The position numbers were made by a program, and so were the translations under genes. The notes beneath the pieces were generated by a model, which did no database searches, was not told the DNA's origin, and was given only the letters and a program-made list of their open reading frames with translations. Below are positions 47,022 to 55,694 of a DNA stretch of 64,000 nucleotides, one piece after another. Numbering within the stretch: the first letter of the stretch is position 1; the number at the start of each line of letters is the position of its first letter. The stretch comes from an uncultured Bacillota bacterium (GTDB taxonomy: Bacteria; Bacillota_I; Bacilli_A; RFN20; CAG-826): contig OX437086.1 of NCBI GenBank assembly GCA_949299565.1, positions 102,919 to 166,918 on the forward strand, in the 5' to 3' direction.

Positions 47022-48413
47022 ATGCTGAAGAAAATTGATTTAACTAAAGGAAATATTTGGAAGGGACTGCTTCTCTTCGTAATACCGTTATTGATCGGCA
47101 ACGTTTTCCAACAGGCTTATTCGCTGGTTGATGCAATCATCGTTGGCCAAACGCTTTCGCCGGAAGCTTTTACCGGAGTTTCGGTTACCGGTTCTGCCTC
47201 TTCGTTCATTTTAGGTTTTGCGAGCGGTCTCTGTTCAGGTCTAGCAGTACCGGTTGCCCAATTTTATGGCGCAAAAGATGAAAAATCTGTTCGCAAAAGC
47301 ATGGCTACGGGATTTGTCATTGCCGCGATAGCGGGCCTTCTTTTAACAGGTATCGGGCTCGCTTGTTGCCGCCCGCTTCTTCTCCTTTTAAATACCAGAA
47401 GCGAGGTTTTCTCTTACGCAGAAGATTACCTTTGGGCTATTTTCTCCGGGATCGTTTTCACTGTTTTTTATAACGTTATTTCTTTCTATCTCCGCTCGCT
47501 CGGCGACAGCGTCACTCCTTTAATCGCCCTCGTTGTGGCTTGCTTATTAAACATCGGCTTAGACTTTCTTTTCATCGCTGTTTTGAATATGGGCACAGCC
47601 GGTGCCGGTTGGGCCACCGTAATCGCTAATCTTTGTTCGGCTCTTGTTTGTTTCTTTTCTCTTTATAAACGTTTCCCCTCCTACCGCATCAAACTTAGAG
47701 ACTTTCAACTGCAAAAGGGAATGGTTTTGAACACTTTAAAAATTTCACTTCCAATGGCTCTCCAATATTCGATTATCGGAATCGGACTCATGGTTCAACA
47801 AAGCGCCGTAAACAGTCTCGGCTATATCGCTGGAACGGAAATCGGCTATGATACGGCCTATGGAGCGGCTGGCAAAATCGATGGATTTTCCAACTGCGTA
47901 ATTATGGCTCTTGGAACAGCAATGGCCACTTTTGCCGGACAAAATTATGGTTCAAGAGATTTAGAACGCATTAAAAAAGGTCTAAAAATAGGAACTATTC
48001 TGGGATTATTGACTGTTGCGTTGATGGCTGCAATCATCATCCCTCTCACGCCATATATTATGAAACTTTTTATAAGCGTTGATGATCCTGCTCTCAACGA
48101 AGCAACGCTTCTTTATATGTCTATCGACTTAGGGATGTACGCTCTTTTGACGCTTCTTTATACTTATCGTTCTGCTCTTCAAGGACTAGGAAAATCGTTC
48201 ATCACAATGATTGTGGGAGCTATCGAATTGGCGATGCGCATTTCGGCCGCTCTTCTTCTCGCTCATTTTGGCGGGTGGTTAGGATTGTGCTTCTCCAATC
48301 CTTGCAGTTGGTTCATCTCAGATATTGTTTTAATCCCAGCTTTGATTCATTGTTTGCGTGTCTATACTCAGCAAGTTAAAGATGGCACTTTCGGGCAATT
48401 AAGGACGAACTAA
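47022..48413 (+). CDS. MATE family efflux transporter
   Basis: DLTKG.I, P.LIGN.FQQ.Y..VD, AQFYGA, R.LGDS.TP, NI.LD, GQNYG; start MLKKID at 47022. Confidence 0.92.
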   Translation: MLKKIDLTKGNIWKGLLLFVIPLLIGNVFQQAYSLVDAIIVGQTLSPEAFTGVSVTGSASSFILGFASGLCSGLAVPVAQFYGAKDEKSVRKSMATGFVIAAIAGLLLTGIGLACCRPLLLLLNTRSEVFSYAEDYLWAIFSGIVFTVFYNVISFYLRSLGDSVTPLIALVVACLLNIGLDFLFIAVLNMGTAGAGWATVIANLCSALVCFFSLYKRFPSYRIKLRDFQLQKGMVLNTLKISLPMALQYSIIGIGLMVQQSAVNSLGYIAGTEIGYDTAYGAAGKIDGFSNCVIMALGTAMATFAGQNYGSRDLERIKKGLKIGTILGLLTVALMAAIIIPLTPYIMKLFISVDDPALNEATLLYMSIDLGMYALLTLLYTYRSALQGLGKSFITMIVGAIELAMRISAALLLAHFGGWLGLCFSNPCSWFISDIVLIPALIHCLRVYTQQVKDGTFGQLRTN

Positions 48414-48483
48414 CAATTGTTTAATAAAATTTCTGACTTCTAAATTATCGCTTTTCTTTCCCTTACTAAGTTAGAATATAGCG

Positions 48484-49452
48484 ATGTCTTCTCCGCGCTC
48501 TTACTATCAAAAATTAACTCCGATAGAACAAAAAAAGCTAAAAAAGAGTCTCTATAAAATTTTAGTAAGCGCTCTTTTGATCGGTTTAATTGTTTTGGCT
48601 ATCTATCTTCTGCTCCGCCATTTCGGGATCACTGACATCACGCCAGAAACTTTGCAAGAATATATCGCCGGCTTCGGCGTTGCCGGACCGATAATCTTCA
48701 TCGTTATTTCCTTTTTGCAAGTAACGTTCATTCCGATTCCTTCATCCGTCACGATAATTGCGGGCAGTTTCTTATTCGGAACGTGGCTTTCTTTCGCCTA
48801 TTCCTTAATTGGAATTATTGCTGGATCTTTTTTCGCCTTTTTCTTAGGAAGAATCGTTGGGCAACCTTTCGTTCGTTGGTTGGCTGGCGATCAAGAAACC
48901 GTCGACAAATACATTAAAAAGATGCGGGGAAAGGAAGGAGTAACAATCTTTTTTATGTTTCTTTTCCCTTTTTTTCCTGATGATTTCATCTGCGCTTTAG
49001 CGGGTATTCTTCCGATCTCTTGGTTCAGTTTCGCCCTCATGCAGTTCATCACAAGACCTATTTCCACCCTTGGAAATCTCCTTTTCCTTTCGGGCGAATT
49101 TTTGCCATACGATGAGCCTTGGGGATTGACCCTCATCATCATTCTTTGTTTGATTGGCGTCGCTCTTTTTGTTTTCTTCTTTATCAAATCAGATTTAATC
49201 AACGCTTATTTCGACCGCTTTACAACATGGATCAAAAATAAAATGCCTTGGTATAAACATAAAATGAAGACTACTCACAAATATCATCGCGCTCCATTAT
49301 GGCGTCAAAAAAAGCCGCGCTTTTCACGCGGCCGAAAATTATATTTTTCTAGTTATATTTCTACCACGCAGAACGGCGGGAAATTAAAAGCACCGATGTT
49401 CCGGCACAGACAAGACCGCCGCTCAAAAACATGGCGACGAAAAACTGCATAG
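48484..49452 (+). CDS. TVP38/TMEM64 (DedA/VTT) family membrane protein
   Basis: LQV...PIP, G..FG, GS..AF.LGR, FLFPFFPDD..C..AG. Confidence 0.85.
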   Translation: MSSPRSYYQKLTPIEQKKLKKSLYKILVSALLIGLIVLAIYLLLRHFGITDITPETLQEYIAGFGVAGPIIFIVISFLQVTFIPIPSSVTIIAGSFLFGTWLSFAYSLIGIIAGSFFAFFLGRIVGQPFVRWLAGDQETVDKYIKKMRGKEGVTIFFMFLFPFFPDDFICALAGILPISWFSFALMQFITRPISTLGNLLFLSGEFLPYDEPWGLTLIIILCLIGVALFVFFFIKSDLINAYFDRFTTWIKNKMPWYKHKMKTTHKYHRAPLWRQKKPRFSRGRKLYFSSYISTTQNGGKLKAPMFRHRQDRRSKTWRRKTA

Positions 49453-49945
49453 TATCAAAACTTCCGCCGTCCACTAAGCCCATAATCATCACGACGAAAT
49501 AAGAAACAAGAACAAACAAAGCGTAAATTAAAGAACCGAACGAAAAAACATAACCAAGCACTTTGTTGTGGAAGAAAAGATAAACGAAGCCGCTGACAAT
49601 GATGAGCGTGAAAATCATGCTAGCAATTCCAGCAACATAACGACTCACGTCCGGATTTCCAAAATTCATCGCATATTGACCATAAAGCGCCAAAACAAGA
49701 ATTGAAGGAGCCAGAGCTCTTGTCGTCGAACTGCATCCTTTAACAAAGAAAAGGAAGCAGCAATAAAATCCGATGATAACGATGAGCGTGAAAAGTCCGG
49801 CGATGAACGTGATAAGGTCAGAACTCGGGCTGGGCATGCCGCCGTCTAAAAGAAATTTCAGAATAAACAAAAGTCCTGCTACCAACAAAAGAATGTGGGG
49901 CAGAGAAAGTTTCTGTTTCGTTGTGGAAGAAGTTTTAGTTGCCAT
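49361..49945 (-). CDS. Hypothetical 6-TM membrane protein
   Basis: Six hydrophobic segments; AAGGAG RBS. Confidence 0.7.
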   Translation of the reverse strand: MATKTSSTTKQKLSLPHILLLVAGLLFILKFLLDGGMPSPSSDLITFIAGLFTLIVIIGFYCCFLFFVKGCSSTTRALAPSILVLALYGQYAMNFGNPDVSRYVAGIASMIFTLIIVSGFVYLFFHNKVLGYVFSFGSLIYALFVLVSYFVVMIMGLVDGGSFDTMQFFVAMFLSGGLVCAGTSVLLISRRSAW

Positions 49946-49999
49946 GTTTTTCTCCTTTTTTGACTCTCAAATTATATGTTCTCGAAAAAGAAAAAACTA

Positions 50000-50587
50000 T
50001 TATTCGAGACGGGAAATTATCTCGTTCATGAAACTGCCGAGTTCTTGAACGTCAAGTTTGATTGTTCCCCGGTAAAAATCAGCGATCAAATAGACCATGC
50101 CGTTGACTAAAAAAGAAATAGCCGCGTCTTTTTGCCTAGGTTCTGCCCAATGAATGAGAATGTTGGGGTTATCGTTGATCTTTTTTGAAAGATATCGTCT
50201 CAAACGCGAGATAAAGTGATCCTGACTATTGGAAGCAAAGACTAAAACAAAAAGCGAACGATTCTTATCAACTGAGGCCAAAAGTGAGTTTAGATAAACA
50301 TCTGTCTTATTTTGTTTGTCGCGATTAATCAAGTATTCATCAATAGTTTGGTTGATGATATCTAGCATTTCGTTTTCTAAATCTTCAATGATCGCATAGA
50401 TGTCGCGGTAATGAGCGTAAAAGGTACTTTTGGAAATGTCCGCTTTCTCCACCACTTCTTTGACACTAACTTTGGAAATATCTTTCTTTTTAGCAAAGAT
50501 TTCTCGAAAAGCCTGCCTGATGGCACGCCGTGTTTTCTCATTTCGACGGTCAGGTCTTTTTGGTTCGCTTTCGTACTTTTTTGTCAT
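50000..50587 (-). CDS. TetR/AcrR family transcriptional regulator
   Basis: DRR..KTR.AI..AF, VSVKEVVEKADISKSTFYAHYRDI; divergent from the ABC operon. Confidence 0.9.
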   Translation of the reverse strand: MTKKYESEPKRPDRRNEKTRRAIRQAFREIFAKKKDISKVSVKEVVEKADISKSTFYAHYRDIYAIIEDLENEMLDIINQTIDEYLINRDKQNKTDVYLNSLLASVDKNRSLFVLVFASNSQDHFISRLRRYLSKKINDNPNILIHWAEPRQKDAAISFLVNGMVYLIADFYRGTIKLDVQELGSFMNEIISRLE

Positions 50588-50639
50588 AAAGGTACGTTTT
50601 CCCCCTTCCTTCAAAAACCATTATTGCCTTTTTCAAATT

Positions 50640-50702
50640 TAGATATATATCTAGTAGTGGGAATAGTCAAACCCAAGTTCGAAAACGAACTAGCGTCTAG
50701 TT
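50640..50702. promoter_or_regulatory. Cluster of palindromes, candidate TetR operator(s)
   Basis: TAGATATATATCTA (50640-50653), AGTTCG-AAAA-CGAACT (50676-50691), AACTAG-CGT-CTAGTT (50688-50702). Confidence 0.45.
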
Positions 50703-50720
50703 TTGGAAGGAGGTCTAAAC

Positions 50721-51659
50721 ATGGCTGTCATTGAAGTTGATCACTTGACTAAAGATTATGGTTCCGGCCGCGGTGTTTTCGATGTCTCTTTTCAGATTGA
50801 GCGTGGGGAAGTTTATGGCTTTTTAGGCCCGAATGGAGCTGGTAAATCCACAACAATTCGCCACATCATGGGCTTTTCCAAACCCGATAAAGGCGCGACA
50901 CGAGTTTTAGGCATCGAATCCTTCAACGGATATTCGCGTTTTCTTTATAAAGTTGGCTATATTCCTGGTGAAATCGCTCTCCCGGCTGGTTTATCCGGTT
51001 ATGCGTTTTTAGAAATGCTAGAGGATATGCGTCACATCCATAATGAAGAGAGGAAGAAAGAAATGATTGCTCTCTTCGAATTAGAGGACAACATTCTCAA
51101 AAGCGATGTTAAAAAAATGTCTTTGGGCGTAAAGCGGAAATTAGCGATTGTCGCAGCCTCAATGCACGATCCAGAAGTTTTGATTCTCGATGAGCCAACC
51201 TCCGGTCTTGACCCAATAATGCAAGATGTTTTCATCAAATTTATTAAAAATGAGAAAGCGCGAGGAAAAACAATTCTTCTTTCTTCCCACATCTTTTCTG
51301 AAGTCGATGCCACATGTGACCGAATCGGCATCATTAAAGATGGTTATCTAGTTTCGGAAGTGGTCGCGAACGATTTAAAACATGCTTCGCTTAAATTCTA
51401 TGATGTCTCTTTTGAGAAAGAGGAGGACTATCACGAATTTCTCCAATATCTCACCAAGCATCCAGAAATTAAAACGAGCACTCAAGATGAAGAAAAATTG
51501 AGTCTTGTTCTCCAAGTAGAAGACAAAGACGTCAATGCTTTAGTGGACGTTCTCTCTAAATTCCATTTAAGAGAATTCGGCAACCGCCGCGAATCTCTAC
51601 AAGATTATTTCATGCACTTCTACAAGGAAGATCAACACTTCGGAGGTTTCTTATCATGA
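50721..51659 (+). CDS. ABC-2 type transporter ATP-binding protein 1
   Basis: GPNGAGKST, MSLGVKRK signature, ILDEPTSGLD, SSH; GGAGGT RBS at ATG 50721. Confidence 0.92.
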   Translation: MAVIEVDHLTKDYGSGRGVFDVSFQIERGEVYGFLGPNGAGKSTTIRHIMGFSKPDKGATRVLGIESFNGYSRFLYKVGYIPGEIALPAGLSGYAFLEMLEDMRHIHNEERKKEMIALFELEDNILKSDVKKMSLGVKRKLAIVAASMHDPEVLILDEPTSGLDPIMQDVFIKFIKNEKARGKTILLSSHIFSEVDATCDRIGIIKDGYLVSEVVANDLKHASLKFYDVSFEKEEDYHEFLQYLTKHPEIKTSTQDEEKLSLVLQVEDKDVNALVDVLSKFHLREFGNRRESLQDYFMHFYKEDQHFGGFLS

Positions 51660-52594
51660 GTCTTATTGAACTACAAAACCTCACAAAGGATTATGGCTCC
51701 GGCCGTGGTGTTTTTAATTTGAATTTTAAAATTGAAAAGGGCGAAATGCTTGGTTTCGTTGGGGCGAACGGCTCAGGAAAAACAACAACCATCCGTTCAA
51801 TCATGGGTTTTATTAAGCCGAGTAAAGGACATTGTTACGTTGATGGGCTAGAAAGTTGGGATCGAGCTTCTGATGTAGCTCGTCTCGTCGGTTATGTTCC
51901 GGGAGAGATTGCTTTCCCTGATTTAAAAACTGGAACTGCTTTCTTAAAATCACAGGCTGAATTCTTCGGTCTCAAAGATTTAAGTTACGCAATGGAACTG
52001 GTCAACGATTTACAGTTGGATCCGCGCGCGAATTTAAAACGAATGTCGAAAGGCATGAAACAAAAAACAGCCCTAGTTGCCGCGCTTATGAACAACCAGC
52101 CGATTCTCATCATGGATGAACCGACAACAGGCCTTGATCCATTGATGCGTGAAACGTTTTTGAAAATCGTCAAAAACGAACATAAAAAGGGCAAAACTAT
52201 CTTCATGTCTTCAAATACTTTTCAAGAAATTGAAGATACGTGCGACAAAGTCGCGCTTATAAGCGACGGACATATCATCGATATCGTTAAGATGGAAGAT
52301 ATCTATAACCGTTCACTGCGTGAATTTAAAATTGAATTTTACGATAAAGACGACTATCAGAAATTTACAAGTTCTAAAAAATATCAAATCATCCGTCTAC
52401 AAGCGCAATATCACCAAGCCACCATTGAGGTCAAAAAGGAAGATTTAAACAAAATGCTTCTCGATTTGCGCAATTATCGCGTGAAATTCATTTCTGAAAT
52501 CAAATATAGTTTGGAACGTTACTTCCGTGAAATGATGATGAAAGCTGGAAAGGAGAAAGAATATGACGTTATCGAAAAAGAAAAAGCAAACTGA
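51656..52594 (+). CDS. ABC-2 type transporter ATP-binding protein 2 (paralog; H-loop His replaced by Asn)
   Basis: GANGSGKTT, MSKGMKQK, IMDEPTTGLD, SSN. Confidence 0.92.
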   Translation: MSLIELQNLTKDYGSGRGVFNLNFKIEKGEMLGFVGANGSGKTTTIRSIMGFIKPSKGHCYVDGLESWDRASDVARLVGYVPGEIAFPDLKTGTAFLKSQAEFFGLKDLSYAMELVNDLQLDPRANLKRMSKGMKQKTALVAALMNNQPILIMDEPTTGLDPLMRETFLKIVKNEHKKGKTIFMSSNTFQEIEDTCDKVALISDGHIIDIVKMEDIYNRSLREFKIEFYDKDDYQKFTSSKKYQIIRLQAQYHQATIEVKKEDLNKMLLDLRNYRVKFISEIKYSLERYFREMMMKAGKEKEYDVIEKEKAN

Positions 52595-54287
52595 AGAGAA
52601 AACAGAACGCGGCAAGATAAGCCATGGTCTTTTTTCGCTTGCTCTCTTCAAACAATCTTGGAAAGCCAACGGCCTCATGTGGGGCATAATCACTTTTTGC
52701 ACATGCTTGATTTTGGCTTTTGTAATGGTTGTTTCCGGTGGCGGATCAATTTCTGACCTCACAACGTCATTGGAAGATGAGATAATCTCTCAAACTCTCG
52801 ATAGCCAGATTCAATCAACTTCACTTACCTATTACAATTACAGTAACGATGCCTTGGAGGATTTCGATAACGATTTTATCGATGCTTATGAAGATGCGTA
52901 TTTAGCCGACCCTTTTCAAAACGCGGAAGAGGCCGCCACTAAAATTCCAGAATACACGACTTCTGCTTACACGGTGGCTGTTAGTAACATCTTCAGCACC
53001 GCTTTAGAAATCACACAGGGAGCCTACCCGGATTTGCCTGTCAATAGCGATGATTTTCGCGATCGCATGAGTGAAATTGCCGGCGTTTTGATGTTTGTAA
53101 TTAACCCCAACGGGCAAGCTGATAATCAATACAACAACTACGAAGAAGGCTCGGCGCCGGGAACTTACGATGTCAGCGCGCTCGTCAGTAACGTCACTAG
53201 CGAGGACTACGCCAGTTGGCAAAACGGAGAAGAAGCGACAAACATCACTTCTTATCTCATCTCGACTGAAAGAATGACATTCCGCGCTGATCGTTCAGAG
53301 TATTCAGTAGCCATCATGTTAGGGGGCAACATGACAAGCGACACCTACATCGATGTAATATTGGAGAGCCTTTCAGACTTTGGAATTACGAAGGAACGTT
53401 ATCTCTCATACGGCTTCGATTATGATTATGTAAAACACGAAGCCGCCACCACCATCGTCACATATCGCGCTCGTTATGATTATGAATTGAGCCTCATCGA
53501 CCGCAACGACTATGCAAATGACGAAGAATATTACGCTGCTATCAAAGAGATGGACGCTGCTTTAAGAAGCGAATTGTCATCGAACATCCTTACCGAACTT
53601 CCAGAAAATGTCGCAACCGCTCTTGAAGAAATCGGAGAATTAGACCTCTATGGTTTAATTGTCGGTACCATTTTCTACAAAGTTGCCGGCTTACTGTTGC
53701 CTATAATCTTCATCATCATGGTGTCGAATGGCTTAATCGCCGGTCAAGTAGATTCTGGTTCTATGGCTTATGTGCTTTCAACTTCCACTAAGCGAAATCA
53801 AATTGTCTTCACGCAAGCAATTTTCATGGTGACGTCGCTCTTCCTTATGTTTGTATGCACTTCGATTGTTGGCTGTTGCTGTTTGGCCGCCATTGATTTG
53901 ACTAGCACCTCCATTACATTCGGAAAACTTATAATGATGAATGTCGGGGCTTTCATCACGATGATTGCAATCGCCGGCATCAACTTCTTAACTTCTTGTT
54001 GGTTCGATCGCAGCAAGCGTTCAATGGCACTCGGCGGCGGTCTTTCAATGTTCTTCTTGGTCGCGACAATGTTAGGACTTTTTGGCTCTCCCGTTGTTCC
54101 TTCTGTCGTGAGAATGGATGCTTTAAACGGCTTCAACTACGTCTCAATCATCACGCTCTTTGATGTCGTGTCGATTATCAATGGTACTTTAGATTGGGTT
54201 TGGCAAATTTTCATTCTTCTAGCCATCGGGATTGCTGGCTTCATCATCGGATCTTGGAAATTTAAAAAGAAGGATTTGCCTCTTTGA
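52563..54287 (+). CDS. ABC-2 type permease with ~300-aa extracellular domain
   Basis: TM1, acidic loop, IAGQVDSGSMAYVLS...KR motif, five further TMs, FKKKDLPL C-terminus. Confidence 0.88.
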   Translation: MTLSKKKKQTEEKTERGKISHGLFSLALFKQSWKANGLMWGIITFCTCLILAFVMVVSGGGSISDLTTSLEDEIISQTLDSQIQSTSLTYYNYSNDALEDFDNDFIDAYEDAYLADPFQNAEEAATKIPEYTTSAYTVAVSNIFSTALEITQGAYPDLPVNSDDFRDRMSEIAGVLMFVINPNGQADNQYNNYEEGSAPGTYDVSALVSNVTSEDYASWQNGEEATNITSYLISTERMTFRADRSEYSVAIMLGGNMTSDTYIDVILESLSDFGITKERYLSYGFDYDYVKHEAATTIVTYRARYDYELSLIDRNDYANDEEYYAAIKEMDAALRSELSSNILTELPENVATALEEIGELDLYGLIVGTIFYKVAGLLLPIIFIIMVSNGLIAGQVDSGSMAYVLSTSTKRNQIVFTQAIFMVTSLFLMFVCTSIVGCCCLAAIDLTSTSITFGKLIMMNVGAFITMIAIAGINFLTSCWFDRSKRSMALGGGLSMFFLVATMLGLFGSPVVPSVVRMDALNGFNYVSIITLFDVVSIINGTLDWVWQIFILLAIGIAGFIIGSWKFKKKDLPL

Positions 54288-54305
54288 TCCTCTTCAACAT
54301 CTCCT

Positions 54306-54339
54306 AAACCTCCTCTCCTTTTACCAGGGGAGGTTTTTT
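54306..54339 (+). terminator. Intrinsic terminator after the ABC operon
   Basis: AAACCTCC...GGAGGTTT followed by a T run. Confidence 0.6.
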
Positions 54340-55591
54340 ATCGCAACAAATATGACACAAGAAGAGAAGGAGAAATTACGATGTGTTTATCATCAATTTG
54401 GTCGATTGTTTCTACCTTCTCAGAAATTTCTACAAGATAGGATGAAGGAATAAGGTTTGAGCCCCATCCCTCAGACGCAAAACTGAAAAATAGATATTGA
54501 CCGCTTAAATCTTTCAAAGCATAAAAATAATTCGCTTTTGAAGTAACTAAGTAACCCTCTTCGTACCCATCATTTTTAAAGTATTTATGAAGAAGAGAGA
54601 GAAGAAAATTCTTTAAGGAAAATTCTTCTCCGCTCAAATAACGCCTAAAACTTTCAGATGGAAAATAAATAAGCGGTCGTTGAAGGACTTTCTCATAGCC
54701 TTTCGCTTTAAGCGGCAACAAAACTTTGATGCAAGAAGCGCTGGCAAGATAACCTAAATATTTCTCAATCGTTCCTCTAGCTATATCTTTTATTGTCTCA
54801 ATTAAAGATTGCACATTTAAAGGAACGCCTGCATTGAAAGACAAAAGAACAAGAAGTTCATAAATGCTTTGGCTGTCTCTAATTGGATAATTTTTCGTCA
54901 TCATTCGTAAACTTCTTAAAAATTGTTGGCAAGAAATTGGGACTATCTCTTGTGAAATCCTCCTCAACAAATCATTTGATTCTTTGAAGGAAAGAAGTTT
55001 TCTAAACCACTCTTCAAATGAATAAGAAGGAGAAGTTATTTCTTTTGAATAATTCATGATCACTTCCGGAAGTAGTTCTAAAGACTCCCATCGCAAAAAT
55101 CCTGTTCTCTTGCCTTCTTCATTCTCTAACGGCGTCAAATTGACAAAAGCAAAGAAATCTAGTTGCGTTTCCGTATCTAAGAGGAACCGTGTTTGTAAAT
55201 CCCACTTCGGATCAATATCTAAATCAGTTACAAATAAGCGAAACGGTCCGTTGAGACCACGTAATCGTTGATAAACGTTTATGAGGGCCGTTAATGAACA
55301 ATTCTGAAGTAAAGGGTGCTCATAAGGAATGTAAAGCAATGCGTGCGCATCCCAGCCATCATCCAATGATTTAAGAATCATTCGCTTAATGATTTTTTGA
55401 TTCTTTTCTTCGAACGGAGAAAAAACAATTAAGGCTTTGCGTTCTTTTTGCCCGTCCCCAAAACGTTGATATATTGTCTCAGTCTCTTTTTGATATTCAT
55501 CGGAAAGAGCAATTTCTCGATCATTCCACCAAGGATTAAACGATGAGAGCAGGCGCCAAATTTTTTCTTCCTCGTAGACACTTTTTGTCAT
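54338..55591 (-). CDS. Degenerate AAA_14/DUF4143-like protein (Walker motifs lost)
   Basis: N-terminal NPWW; wHTH-like TIEKYLGYL..A..I; ~415 aa as in that family; start MTKS at 55591. Confidence 0.55.
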   Translation of the reverse strand: MTKSVYEEEKIWRLLSSFNPWWNDREIALSDEYQKETETIYQRFGDGQKERKALIVFSPFEEKNQKIIKRMILKSLDDGWDAHALLYIPYEHPLLQNCSLTALINVYQRLRGLNGPFRLFVTDLDIDPKWDLQTRFLLDTETQLDFFAFVNLTPLENEEGKRTGFLRWESLELLPEVIMNYSKEITSPSYSFEEWFRKLLSFKESNDLLRRISQEIVPISCQQFLRSLRMMTKNYPIRDSQSIYELLVLLSFNAGVPLNVQSLIETIKDIARGTIEKYLGYLASASCIKVLLPLKAKGYEKVLQRPLIYFPSESFRRYLSGEEFSLKNFLLSLLHKYFKNDGYEEGYLVTSKANYFYALKDLSGQYLFFSFASEGWGSNLIPSSYLVEISEKVETIDQIDDKHIVISPSLLVSYLLR

Positions 55592-55694
55592 ATGAATAAT
55601 TTTACCATATCTTCTCTTTTCGTCTTTAAAATAGTAAGAGAAACTCAAAGAAAATAATTTACAAAAAATATATGAAAAGTTTTAATCTAAAGAG

